Shown here: positions 39,992 through 51,547 of the stretch, piece by piece
Layout of the letters: every line of letters starts with the position of its first letter
Numbering within the stretch: the stretch's first letter is position 1
IMG/VR virus record: IMGVR_UViG_3300037141_000236
Coordinates: 24,948-88,947 of that record
Reading direction: 5' to 3' (one strand)
From: a virus
Length of the DNA stretch: 64,000 nucleotides
Program-made: the position numbers and the translations under genes
The notes under the pieces: model-generated
The model's database searches: none
Told to the model about the DNA's origin: nothing
Seen by the model: only the letters and a program-made list of their open reading frames with translations

Positions 39992-41457
39992 ATGAGAGCA
40001 ATCGATGTAAGTAAATTAAAAGTTATCGCTTTGGCCGTACTAATGAGAGCTTCAGGCAAAATACCTGATGATCATATGGAAAACACCTTTTCGGCTGCTT
40101 GGGATCACGCTAAAGAAAGAGAGGAAAGAGAAGGCGATGTTGTAGAAGCTGCAACGTGGAGACAAGAAGGCATAAATGGTATGCAGTTTGGATTTGCATA
40201 TCCAACTTATCTTCAGAAGGGAGAAATGTTTTACGTTATGATTGGCGATGAAGTTGTTGCCGTCGATAAAAAGTATTTGTATCCCGTTTTCGGGCCGACA
40301 GATTCAAAGACAATGAGAGCAGAAGTTGAAAAAATGAAGAAAGAAGTTGGACTATGAATAAAGCCATAACACCTGCAATGCTTCCTTTGTTGAAAGGAAG
40401 CAATGTGAAATGTATCAAAGCTTCCTTTACTGGAGGACTCCTGGTTGAAGGCAAAATTTATACAGTTGAACGAGTTTTGTTGAGAGACAATCAATTGTTA
40501 AAGCTGAAGGGAATTCAAAATCAGAATTTCAGACCGGCAAGGTTTGAATTGGTTATTTATACATTGAAGCTTCGGGAAATAATGATTAAAGAAGAAATTG
40601 GACTATGAAACCAGAAGAATTTAGATTAGAAATGATCGTCAGAGTTAAAGATGACGCAAAAGATTCTGACTTCACCCCAGGAGAAAAACTTTTAACAAAA
40701 GGGATCATTTATTTTGAAGGGAATTATTTTATTCTTGTACAAGCCTGGAATAAAGAAAAAAAGAATCTCGGGCCGAACATCAATATCAGCGAAGTTGAGG
40801 TGGTGAAAACTGAAATGGAAGAACAGATGGAGAAAATCAAAAAAGAAATACAATCATGAAGCCGGAAGATTTTAGATTAGGAGCTACAGCCGTTGTCGTT
40901 GGTGATGATCAAACCGGCTACCATAATGGTGAGGTAATCATAATGAAAGGAGTTTATTGGTCTTGGAGGACTGGATGCCATTATGTTTTAACAAAATCCT
41001 TGCGGGATCAAAACCAAAACTTATCTATTGAAGGAAATATCAGTTTGAGTGCTTTGGAATATCCCACGACACCTTTGGAAAAGGAAATGAAAAGAATTAA
41101 AAGCGAGATCAATAGCGAAGGAAAATGAATACACACAAATATCATTTAGGCGACATTACTTTAAAAGCAGGTATTGAACATGAAGTTATATCAATCGTTT
41201 GGCAAAAGAGATATAAAACATTTGTTTATGGTATCACAAACGGGTCAAAAGGATCTGTTACCGATACACAAGCTTACTACCATAAATTCCTTCTTGCGGA
41301 TGATAGTTATGATATAATAGAATGGGATACTAACAAACGATTTCTTAAATGTGCAGTACAATTCGTTGAAGAAGATAGTTTATCAATCATTCGAACGGGC
41401 ATAGCTGCCTACATTGAGCAGCATGAACGCATAATCAGAGAAGAAATTGGCTTGTGA
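39992..41457 (+). other. Cluster of 5 coupled tagged ORFs (39992-40357, 40354-40608, 40605-40859, 40856-41128, 41125-41457)
   Basis: Ends MKKEVGL, IKEEIGL, IKKEIQS, IKSEINSEGK, IREEIGL; every junction is an ATGA overlap. Confidence 0.75.
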
Positions 41458-41487
41458 TTTATTCTTAAAAGCCATATTTAATAGTCA

Positions 41488-42243
41488 ATGATCGATTCTC
41501 TGCTACCTCATAAGGATTTACACCCTAAAATCTGGCCTCTCGGCGTTGAAGGGAAGATTAATCCTCTTGTTAGAAAGAAATTACTTCAGATAGCTTTAGA
41601 CTTTAAAAAGACATTTGAATTAAAAGAGGTGGGGTTATTGGGACAACTCAATGTTATTGACGTTGTTATGACAGGATCACTGGCAAACTACAATTTTACA
41701 GAGCATAGTGACATTGACCTGCACCTAATCATTGATTATAGTGATGTTGCACCAGAATATCTCTCAGTTGTTAAGTCTTATTTAGATGATAAGCGTCTTC
41801 TGTACGCATTCAAACACAATATTACAATATTTGGCTTTGACGTTGAAGTGTACGCTCAAGACAAAAACGAACCTCACATCAGTTCCGGTACATATTCTCT
41901 TGTAAAGAACGATTGGGTCATTCATCCTTCTGAGAAATTCAAAGAACCTGATAAAGTATGGATAGAGCAGAAGGCCAAAGCGCTTATGACATTCATTGAC
42001 AGGCTCGTTATGGATGCAACCACAATGCCTTTCGAAGAGATTTTACCGTTGGTGGACAAGACCAAAGCTAAACTCAAGGAATTACGCGGCATATCTTTGA
42101 ATTTAGGAGGGGAATTTAATGAAGGGAACATCTTATTCAAAATCCTTCGCCACACTGGATATCTCAAGATTTTAGATGATTTAAAGAAAGCCTTAGTTGA
42201 TAAGCATTTATCAATAAGTGAAAAATTAAAACGAAAAGGTTAA
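41488..42243 (+). CDS. Pol-beta-superfamily nucleotidyltransferase
   Basis: TGSLANYN....SDIDLH (GS...DxD) plus DVEVY; TATTTA box at 41475. Confidence 0.82.
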   Translation: MIDSLLPHKDLHPKIWPLGVEGKINPLVRKKLLQIALDFKKTFELKEVGLLGQLNVIDVVMTGSLANYNFTEHSDIDLHLIIDYSDVAPEYLSVVKSYLDDKRLLYAFKHNITIFGFDVEVYAQDKNEPHISSGTYSLVKNDWVIHPSEKFKEPDKVWIEQKAKALMTFIDRLVMDATTMPFEEILPLVDKTKAKLKELRGISLNLGGEFNEGNILFKILRHTGYLKILDDLKKALVDKHLSISEKLKRKG

Positions 42244-42337
42244 CTGTACTAAGTTAACCTTTTTTCTTAACCCGTTGTTCTGTCATTAACCTATTAAAAT
42301 AGCAATAAAATCACTAATTTTATAAAAACACCCTGTA

Positions 42338-42718
42338 ATGAAGATAGACACAAAGATAAAAATCCTATTTGATGGAGAAGATAAGGAAGGAACATACGTT
42401 CTCATTGCCATCGGCACCGATGAAGAGGATAATCAAATATTCGTTACAGCAGAGCAAGCTGATTATATTGAGCTTATGCGAATTCAAGATTTAAACATTT
42501 CGGAAGACGAACAAACAGAGATGGTTAAAAAGAATTTACCTAACTTCAAGCCGATTGCTTTTCCTGTTGGGTTGATTTATGACAACTTGCTGGCTGAAAT
42601 ACCAGAAGAGAATCTTGTCATTGTTGATTTGAAAGGCGTTAATCCAGAAAACTACATGAAATCTAAAACAAATAAAACAGATGAAACCACAGACGCCACT
42701 GAAGAAACTGAAGGATAA
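42338..42718 (+). CDS. Acidic hypothetical protein
   Basis: ORF. Confidence 0.55.
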   Translation: MKIDTKIKILFDGEDKEGTYVLIAIGTDEEDNQIFVTAEQADYIELMRIQDLNISEDEQTEMVKKNLPNFKPIAFPVGLIYDNLLAEIPEENLVIVDLKGVNPENYMKSKTNKTDETTDATEETEG

Positions 42719-43619
42719 GGTAATGCTCCATGATGGAATGCACGGAATTGTATTTGGCGAAGTTGTTGGCATGAGTAATCCGAAAGATGAAAATGAACAA
42801 ATTAGATATCTTCTTAAGTTGTTTAATTGTACTGGTGGTTTTAGTTTCCATAGTGTTAAAGAGATATCCAAATTGATTAAAGAATGGATAAAAGAAGAAA
42901 CAGTTGAGGACTTTAAAACTTATTTTGCTAAAGAAAGCATGGTGGTCACAAAAGCTCCTGATTTTGTAACCTACAGCTGGATTGATGAAGACTGTTTGTA
43001 TACCGACGAGCAAATATTAGAATACGAAGCAGATAAGATACGAGTCGAAGTGTGGAAAAAGAAACGTCCACTGCGTCCTACACCAAAACAAGCATAAGAT
43101 TATGGAATTACATAAATTTGATTATGTAAGGATTAAGACTGCTAAAGAGTTTAATCTTTGGCCTGAGCAACACCCTGACGGTTGGAATTCTAAAGGCCAA
43201 ATGGATTGTTATTTGGGCCAATGGGTTGTTATTTTAGATTGTGATAACAATAGGAAAACTTTCAGAGTCGAGAAAATCGTAAAAGATAAGCAGTCGAGAA
43301 ATTGGATATTCAATTATTTTGATATCGCGTCACATTCTGGAACCGTTGAAGCCGCAGAACTTAAAATCAAAATGGAAATTGGATTATGAATGAAGATTGG
43401 ACAAACAGATGGGTTAAATGTCTTGATACTCAAAACATAATAGAGTTACATTTAACCAGTGGTAAATATTATCAAGTACTCCATGAGTTTGATACCACAG
43501 GTATTTGTGTGGTAAATGATCTTGGCGAATACAGTGGCGCATTATATAAAGGAAGGTTTGAGGTCGATGATATAGTTTTCGCAGAACAACTAATTAAACA
43601 AGAAATAGGACTAACATGA
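42681..43619 (+). other. Three tagged ORFs (42681-43097, 43102-43389, 43386-43619)
   Basis: IRVEVW..., IKMEIGL*, IKQEIGLT*. Confidence 0.7.
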
Positions 43620-44260
43620 AATATAAAATCAAATGTGTGGCACCAAAAGTATATTGTATCGAATTTGATAAGATGTACGATATGGCGATGACATTTTTAA
43701 GATGTCAAGAATTCTATGAATCACCCAAGTTCAAAGGACAACGATTTACTCTTATTGAATTTATGGCTTGGTATTCTAAAGAATGGGGAGGAGATTGTTT
43801 TACTTATGCAAGCGACTGGGCTGGGTTTAATATGCCCGCCTCAATTGTAAAAGATTGCCTACTTCCAGTTCCCATTGACTTTAACATTTACGATGATGCG
43901 ATGCTTACCATTCATAATCAATGTAGAAAGCTATGCGGTTCTGAAGACTTCTATATTATTGGAGTATTGAAAAACCATGATGCGTTTGACCATGAATTGG
44001 CACATGGCTTTTATTATACAGTCCCAGAATATAAGAAAGCAATGGATGAAGCCCTAAAAGAACTTCCAACAATGCAAAAGAAACGAATTTACAAGCATTT
44101 AAAAAAATGGGGAGGTTATTCTTCTAATGTATTAAAGGACGAAGCACAAGCATATCTTGCAACAGGCTTTGAGAATCTTAATATCAATCGCAAATATTTG
44201 TTACCATTTATCAAAATCTTTAAAGCCCAAAAGAAATGCAACCTTTTAAATACAAAGTAG
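43616..44260 (+). CDS. Putative zincin-motif protein
   Basis: HELAH plus downstream DE.QAY. Confidence 0.6.
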   Translation: MKYKIKCVAPKVYCIEFDKMYDMAMTFLRCQEFYESPKFKGQRFTLIEFMAWYSKEWGGDCFTYASDWAGFNMPASIVKDCLLPVPIDFNIYDDAMLTIHNQCRKLCGSEDFYIIGVLKNHDAFDHELAHGFYYTVPEYKKAMDEALKELPTMQKKRIYKHLKKWGGYSSNVLKDEAQAYLATGFENLNINRKYLLPFIKIFKAQKKCNLLNTK

Positions 44261-45175
44261 GTGATATGATGATTGTTGATGGGCGATACGAAAGAATCGT
44301 TGCCACCGGAGTGATCAGTGATAGAGAACCAAGAAAGTTATACGCCATGAAATGCGAAAGAGGTAGAGGTAATACGCTTAAAGATTGTCTTAAATCATCA
44401 ATATTCTGGGGCGAAGTCATCGTATATGAAGGTGTTGATGTAAATGAAAACGTTTGGTGGATACAAGAAGATATGATACAAATTTCAGATGATACTTTAA
44501 GTTATCAAACAGAGTTAATAAGACAAGAAATTGGGTTATGACAAATTTAAAGCCAGGCGATTGGGTTGTAATGGGCGAACCAGGTTCTGGTTGGACTCTG
44601 AATGAAAAAGGACTTGTCGCACAAGTTAAAGAAGTGGGGCGTTTTTCTTACGATTATGATATTGTTTTAGATTCTGCATCAAACCCTGGATTAATAGGAA
44701 CCCAGTGCGCAGGAGAAGTTTCAGGATTAAAAGGCTGCACTTCTGAAAGATTATATACTGCATCACGAGTGCAAATAGAAGAACAGCTTTCAAGACTTCC
44801 TGGAACATTCCATTATGCTTTACGTATAATAAAACAAGAAATAGGGTTATGTGTCACTTAGGCGATATTGTTTTACATACTCCCACAGGTATCACCGGCG
44901 TAATTGGAGCTCTCGGTGCACCCAAGAAAAAATCCGCTGATGTAAGAGACTGTGTTATCATTGTGGATTCTTCTTTCAAAGACTACAAAGCAGTTTTCCC
45001 AATGCAAAAGGATTATATTAAACAATGGAAGGCACAAAGAAATAATTTCACATATCTAAGTAAACTCAAACCTCCCTTAAGTTGTATTTGGGTTCCGAAA
45101 GAAGAAATAGAAATCATTATGCCAGGAGTTTTAGTTGCAGTAATTAAAAAAATAAGAAAAGAAATCGGCTTATGA
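44236..45175 (+). other. Three SH3/KOW-like tagged ORFs (44236-44541, 44538-44861, 44849-45175)
   Basis: YKVGD/LKPGDWV/HLGDIV starts; IRQEIGL, IKQEIGLCVT, IRKEIGL ends. Confidence 0.75.
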
Positions 45176-45588
45176 ATATTAAAGAAAGAGCCTGCCGGCT
45201 AGTTGAAAAGCTTTATGGTGTTGAAGTACAAGTAGAAGATATTGCGTGGGGTGGATATGCGAGAAGCCATAAGAGTCAAATTGTTGTAAATAGAAATGAG
45301 GAAGATGTTGCGTTTTTTCTTTCTGTCTTGTTTCATGAAGCTGGTCATGTACATTGTTTCCGAAATAGAATCTACCCTGCCTATCATGGCATTTGGGGAA
45401 TCTCCATGTTAAGTAAAAAAGAAAAACGAGCTGTTGTGTTAACTGGATGGAAAGCAGAACAATATGTCGATCGCTGGGCTGAGAAAGAGATGAAGAAACA
45501 TTTTCCTAAATATAAGTTTTATAAAGGTTACGAATGTGAAGCAGATAGGAAGTGGTTGCACGATAATCATTTATACAAATGGAAGTAA
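45172..45588 (+). CDS. Putative metallopeptidase (HExxH)
   Basis: FHEAGH plus E..VDRWA. Confidence 0.6.
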   Translation: MNIKERACRLVEKLYGVEVQVEDIAWGGYARSHKSQIVVNRNEEDVAFFLSVLFHEAGHVHCFRNRIYPAYHGIWGISMLSKKEKRAVVLTGWKAEQYVDRWAEKEMKKHFPKYKFYKGYECEADRKWLHDNHLYKWK

Positions 45589-45876
45589 AAGACTATAAAG
45601 ATTTAGACGAAGCCATTGAAAGTGTAAGAGATGAAATTCCATTACACATTCCTGAAGGTACGCAAGTCATTGGAATAGGATCAGGTCACAATGAATCTAC
45701 TCATGAAGATTATAAACGTGTTTGGAATTGGACGAAAGACGATATTGGAGTGATTATTTCATATATGGGTAAAAGCAGATACAAACAACACGTTTATAAA
45801 ATACAAAAAGATACTGGTGCTATCTGTTTAGTCCGCGCCGAAGGCTTTAAACCTATCGTTTCTTAATATAAAAAGA

Positions 45877-45972
45877 AACTCATTGATTATCAAGCAGTTA
45901 CAGATTTCCTGAAATTATTGTTGTTTAAGGGGTGGTTGGTCACGTGATTACCTGTATCTTTATGGTATAGAA
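45877..45972 (+). promoter_or_regulatory. Repeated promoter module, copy 1 (palindrome + GGTT-N17-TATCTTTA)
   Basis: Shares TCATTGATTATCAA..AGTTACA.ATTTC and GTATCTTTATGGTATAGAAA with 51424-51522. Confidence 0.7.
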
Positions 45973-46000
45973 ATTAAAACAAACAAAAAAACCACATACC

Positions 46001-46273
46001 ATGAAAACCACATTGAAAGGTACAATCGCAACAGTTTTTTCAAGCGCCAAAAACAGAGTAGTGACCGTGAAGCTGAAAAGCGGTTTTGCAAAGATTTACG
46101 AAAACGAACCTGAGGTCACTGTGCATGTGGGATTGTTTACTGCAAAAAGAACCATCGCGCATATGTACGTTGGAAACCCCGGCGAGAAAAATTTCCGGCC
46201 GATGATCAAAAACGGCAAGGAAGTAAAGGTCCTAATCCAGATGGACAAGTTCAAAGTTATTGACGCTGACTAA
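46001..46273 (+). CDS. Hypothetical early protein
   Basis: First ORF after promoter module 1. Confidence 0.6.
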   Translation: MKTTLKGTIATVFSSAKNRVVTVKLKSGFAKIYENEPEVTVHVGLFTAKRTIAHMYVGNPGEKNFRPMIKNGKEVKVLIQMDKFKVIDAD

Positions 46274-46359
46274 ATTTCCCTGCCATGGGAACAACAGGGG
46301 AGGCGCACCTGTATAAAAACCTCTTTTTAAATCTAATTAAATCTAATCCCATAAAAGAA

Positions 46360-46659
46360 ATGGCCTTCACATTCAAAACCACAAAGTCTACCGGTCGCTT
46401 CAGGTCTTTCAATCCTGACTTGCACGAGATCAAGTTGAACAAAAAGGTAGTTGGAAGCATTTCCGATAGTGAGCCTTACAAGATTTCTTTGATGGTAAAA
46501 AAGGTTGTTTCTGAAGGCACTGTTGATAATAACGTAAATTGCGGTTGGACCATGATTCGGTTCAAGCACGAATCAGCAACGCTGAAAGAAGCACAAGCTT
46601 GGTTGAACGAAAAATTCGATTTGATCATTAAACAAAACGACATATACACAGGTGAATGA
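46360..46659 (+). CDS. Hypothetical protein
   Basis: MAFTFKT...; ATG after an A/T-rich leader. Confidence 0.55.
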   Translation: MAFTFKTTKSTGRFRSFNPDLHEIKLNKKVVGSISDSEPYKISLMVKKVVSEGTVDNNVNCGWTMIRFKHESATLKEAQAWLNEKFDLIIKQNDIYTGE

Positions 46660-48125
46660 AAGCTCGAAGAACCTTTAAGACTCATCCATTTTTAGTTGTT
46701 GCTTGGCTACCTGCCGGACACATTTTTGGATTGAAGAAAAAGAAAAGCATCCGGAGAGATCGCTTCAAAACATTACTGGAGGCCGAAAGAGAAGAAGCTG
46801 CATTATTAAAAATCGGAGCATTAACCACATCTATAAGAGAGGGAAAATAACATGGCAAAGATGATAATCAAGAAAACAGAATTCGAAAACTACCCTTCAG
46901 CCAATTCACTTGAGTTTGATTTCGAGCCCGGTTGTCGCAATAATAAATGTATGGTCATTGAATCAGCTAACTCATTGGGAGATGTTGAAATTGAAACTAG
47001 TGATGGTTATGGAAACAACGCTTCCTTTTTTCTTAATCAGGAAGCTTTGAAAGAATTGATTATCCACCTTCAAAAACAAGTGAAATGAGCAAACGCGTAT
47101 CAAAAGAATGGAGAGCCTGGCTTGAACAAGCAAACTCACAAGATGATGGAAGTATTGTTTCCATTGATAATAAAGGCAAAATCCGTGTTGAACGTTATAC
47201 TCCTGGGCCAACACGTTTTCAAAGATTCATAAGCAAATTCAAAAGGAAATGAAACATACCAGAGATGAAATAAAAGATGGGAAAGATTACTTCAGTTTCT
47301 ATATGGAGCTTGCCGGCAATGGCAACTCTATAAAAAATTGCACGGGAGTATTTAAAGTGAAGTTGCAACACAGAGACAAACTTGGATATGGATCTTGGGG
47401 AGTAAGTGGAGGGACAAACACTGGTTACGAATCAAACCTCACTAACCGTTTAAATGGAAGTAAACCTTGTAACGGTGTAGATTGTGAATTTTACGATACA
47501 GAGGAAGAAGCTATTATTGCGCATGACAAACAGGTGCTGAAGTTTGTTTTCACAGGAGATACCGCTAAACAGAAAAAAGCAAAACTGAACAAAAAAATAT
47601 CCAAATGAATACTCCCGAAGTTAAAAAGAAAGTAATCAAGCACGCTTCCGAAATCTACCCTTATGGCTCTGCCTGGTTTCATGCCGGTGTCCATAGCTAT
47701 TTCATGGATGGGGAGCAGCCACAAAGACCTTGCAGTGATGATTATATTATGGGATATCAAACTGCACAGATATCAAAACTCAAAGACAGATTCGAATTTA
47801 AACCCATCTAATATGGCATACGTAACCATTCTCAAAGGTGCAATGATGGGACTTGTTGGACAACTTGTGGACTTTGATAGAGTCACCATTGGATCCACTG
47901 ACTTCAAATTTTCTGCGGGAGACTATCGTGAAGCCACATTCGAAGAGATTTGTCGATTGGTATTAAAGAAGGAAACTGTTATAAGTTTCACATATACTGA
48001 AGGACAGGATGATTGGTGCCAAACGTTCTCTAACAAATGGGAATTGCATTTTTGCGGTGGCGATGTTTGCCTAATTAACCCTCAAGGCATTTGGGTTGGT
48101 ACGCGATAACCTTTATCTTTAGGTT

Positions 48126-48638
48126 ATGAATACAGAACTCGAAGAAGCAACGCGGAAACTCAAAGATGAGATTTACCGTAAAGAACTAAGGAAGCTGAGA
48201 AATCTTATGCACCAATGTTATTTCCCTGTAAGATTTCATCCTTCTTTAGGTGAGCCCAAAGATGATTACTGGGATGAACAATATAACCTTTATAAGAAAT
48301 CAAAAGGTGATGCAAAAGTTAAGCTTGCAGAAGAAAAACACATTCAAGTATATGTCCTGGCAAATAAGATAGGTCTTACTGAAAAGGAAAGGAATATACT
48401 TTGGATAAAAGAAAGATATCGAAAAGTCCAGTCGCAGGAAGAACTCAGTAAAAAACCTTTGAAAGAAGGCCGCGATAATAAAGACGTTCATGTTGGTTCA
48501 GGTGGCGGTGGCTCAGGGAAAGTGCGTTATCCCAGTAAGAAACGCTCCCGTGCTGTCTGGAAGAAATTTTATGCATTGTTTCCTTACTATGCGAAACTTG
48601 ATGGTTGGGATGGCAAAACCTCAAAACGAATGAAATAA
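48126..48638 (+). CDS. Basic hypothetical protein
   Basis: GSGGGGSG..RYPSKKR motif; TATCTTTA box at 48114. Confidence 0.6.
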   Translation: MNTELEEATRKLKDEIYRKELRKLRNLMHQCYFPVRFHPSLGEPKDDYWDEQYNLYKKSKGDAKVKLAEEKHIQVYVLANKIGLTEKERNILWIKERYRKVQSQEELSKKPLKEGRDNKDVHVGSGGGGSGKVRYPSKKRSRAVWKKFYALFPYYAKLDGWDGKTSKRMK

Positions 48639-49292
48639 AATGGACTATGCACCGTATATAGGTTCTGATGGTAAACTATGTTTGCAAGGAACCGAAATAA
48701 AAGGTATTGTCGGATCAAATGAAACAAAGGATACAATCCTTCGGATCGCCAACAAGTTCCCTCACCTTTATATTGTCATTCTTCCGAATCCTCTTAAAAG
48801 GGATAACTTTTTCTTATTCAGTTATTGCTTATGAGAACGCTCATCAAACAATTCCTCTGCCGCCATGTGTGGGACTACTGGAGTAATCAATACAAAAGAT
48901 GTTACAAGTGCGACAAGGTACACTTTCATAAAGTTAAGAAATGATTGACATCGATAAGGAATTCGCATTACTTAAAGCATACATGAAGTTGTATATTGAA
49001 CTTCTTATGCAAAATGAGAAGCATCCTCCCTCCTTTGAACATTATAAAGAAAACCTTTCATTCTTCGCTGCTTCTCCGTATGTGGAATTGTATTGCGTGC
49101 ATGGCAAACAACATGCCGTTGGTTCCGGAACATTTGACTGGGCAATGAAACAAGATGATTGGATTGCTTACCGACATTACCAAAGTTATAAGTGTAAAGA
49201 GGTTAATGTAACTGATTGGACCTGGAATAAGAACCTTCATAAGACGGCTTGTAACAAGTAAATTCTTATCTTTAGGTCTAAATCCATTAACG

Positions 49293-49757
49293 ATGAGCAG
49301 AAATAAAATCGATATACGCACGTTGGCAGACATGGCAACAGCTATAAGCCATTACGAAGCTTTGGCAGGCTACTTCTCTCAATTGGATCCCGCACAGAAA
49401 GCAACACTTGATCCCGCTTGGGACAGAGCTTGTGCAAGTGCCAAACATATGGATCACAATTCATTTGAAATCTGGCAAGACATCAACTTTCACATTATAA
49501 GCCAAATGTGGGGTAGTACTGCTTGCGGTTGGGGAGGCATGGGTGGTGCCATGATGACAAAAGCTTACACAATGATAATCGAGAACCATCAAAACAAGTT
49601 GGCTTTCGTTTATTGGCACGGAAAGCTTGCATACATTGTCGATACCGATGAGAAATGGGAAACATATGTAAAGAGAGGCTATCAAGGTTTACCCAGCCTT
49701 CATTCGCTCCCAACACAATTAACCGTTGTATACATTGGAAATAACAGAAGAATATGA
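49293..49757 (+). CDS. Hypothetical protein (Q.WGST..G.GG.GG.MMT motif)
   Basis: Gly-rich motif; TATCTTTA box at 49267. Confidence 0.6.
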   Translation: MSRNKIDIRTLADMATAISHYEALAGYFSQLDPAQKATLDPAWDRACASAKHMDHNSFEIWQDINFHIISQMWGSTACGWGGMGGAMMTKAYTMIIENHQNKLAFVYWHGKLAYIVDTDEKWETYVKRGYQGLPSLHSLPTQLTVVYIGNNRRI

Positions 49758-50611
49758 AAAGCGAAACAATAAAATCATTTACTTATAGTGAATTGCTAAC
49801 CAAGTGGGAAGCATCCTACAAGAAGCAACGTGAACTGTTTGCTGAAGCAGATAAGTTCGGAACTGATCCAAAAGTGTGGCCGGTATTGACATTGAAAGCC
49901 TGTGAACAAAGGGATATCACAGATTCATACGCAATGGAAATCTTCGAACGTAAAGGATTCAAATCATGAAAACAGACGTTCTCATAGCAACAGTACTTCT
50001 TGGTTGGAAAGAAGATAGAAGTTTCCCTGACAAAGGAAGAGTGTTTCGTTCTCCCGGCGGAGCTCTTGAAATGGATACCACTTTCAAATTCAAAACAGAT
50101 TATAATGAATTGATGAAGGCATTCAGCGCCATTGAACAAATGGGCTACACCATCGAATTAATATCTTTTAGAGTTGGCAATAAAGGTCCCACTAAGTATG
50201 TAGCTTTTATTCACGAAGACCAAAAAACCCTTATTTGCAGATTTACTTCTTTTGACAGGCTTGAGGCAATGTATTTGGTAGTATGCCATTTTGCTTTATG
50301 GATTTCAAAAGGCAAACCAAAAATAGAAATATGAAATATCATTGGGTAATACTTAAACACGTTCCCACAGGTAAATGGCTATCAACCAACGCTCAAGGAG
50401 AAACAGAACTCGTTGATGCACCTGAAGATGCTTTGCCTTGTGATCTGAACGCCTGGGAAGGTAACATCATCAACATGGAAGATGCAACGGCAACGGATGG
50501 TACAATCATTACCGGTGATGATATCATGGTGTACAATTATACTGTGAAGGTTACAAAACCAATTCCAGGTGCATGCACAACATTCAAAGAAAATAACACA
50601 ACTGATTCAAT

Positions 50612-50737
50612 ATGGATCCAGTAGAATTTATCCAAGGGGAACTACAAACATTGCAATGCACATTAGGCGTTGTATTATTCATCATACTCGGTTGCCTGAC
50701 TACAATGGCAATTTGGGTTTATCGCAAAAAGAAATAA
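50612..50737 (+). CDS. Small TM protein (41 aa) followed in frame by an orphan tag
   Basis: MDPVEFIQGELQTLQCTLGVVLFIILGCLTTMAIWVYRKKK* then IRKEIGL*. Confidence 0.6.
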   Translation: MDPVEFIQGELQTLQCTLGVVLFIILGCLTTMAIWVYRKKK

Positions 50738-50757
50738 ATCAGAAAGGAAATTGGATT

Positions 50758-51383
50758 ATGAATTTCAAGGTAAGAGATTGGGTTATATATGAAGGTCAGC
50801 CTTATCAAATTGCTTTAATACTGGGCAATGTAAAAAGCAATGATTGTTTACTCATTGTACCAAAAGGTTTTAAAACTGCTTTCCAATTAAATGCAGGAAG
50901 TATCCCTGCCTGGAAAACCTTAATAAAAGGTTTTCCAGGCAAAAAGTTCGAAGTAATACAGGCAGAAGAGTTAGTTCATGTGGGATCTGTTTATTACTTC
51001 TGGTGCACGACAGATGAACTTTCCGGTACGGTTGGAATAACTGTTGAGGAAATAAAGATTAAAAAAGAAATAGGTCTATGAGCAAATTCAAAATAGGAGA
51101 TCGTGTTGAATGTCTCACCATCAAAGAACTTATTGTAAAGAACCCTACTTTTGGTAAAGCTAAGATTACTGAAGTTGGGTCATGGGCAGGTGCAGGCTAC
51201 AAAGAAGGCAAAAGGTTTACAATTCGAACAGAGAATAATGGAAAGGATGAAACTGCATACTTTCCTCTTGAAATAGATGCTGATCCACATAGAGGCGTTT
51301 ATGGTTGGGCTTTGAAACTATCTCTTGCCACCATTGAGGAAGTAGAACAAGATATCTTAAAAGAGATTTATTCTAAGGAATAA
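50758..51383 (+). other. Two SH3/KOW-like tagged ORFs (50758-51081, 51078-51383)
   Basis: MNFKVRDWV...IKKEIGL*; MSKFKIGDRV...ILKEIYSKE*. Confidence 0.72.
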
Positions 51384-51423
51384 ACCCTCAATACATAATC
51401 CTATCATTTATTGGTATAGAAAC

Positions 51424-51522
51424 GTAAGTCATTGATTATCAATGAGTTACATATTTCTTGCTTTTATTTTGTGTTTTAGTAGGTTGGTAACCTAATCTCC
51501 CGTATCTTTATGGTATAGAAAA
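51424..51522 (+). promoter_or_regulatory. Repeated promoter module, copy 2
   Basis: GTAAGTCATTGAT-T-ATCAATGAGTTAC palindrome (1 mismatch); GGTT-N17-TATCTTTATGGTATAGAAA. Confidence 0.7.
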
Positions 51523-51547
51523 AGAAACAAAATCTAAAAACAACCAC

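Noticed and set aside
39904-40059. N-terminal TM/SAR extension of the endolysin in the ORF track
   Set aside because: It overlaps the divergent gene and both promoter boxes; the real start is most likely ATG 39903.
50569-50757. N-terminal extension of ORF 50569..51081
   Set aside because: It overlaps a better TM ORF in another frame; the family-typical start MNFKVRD is at 50758.
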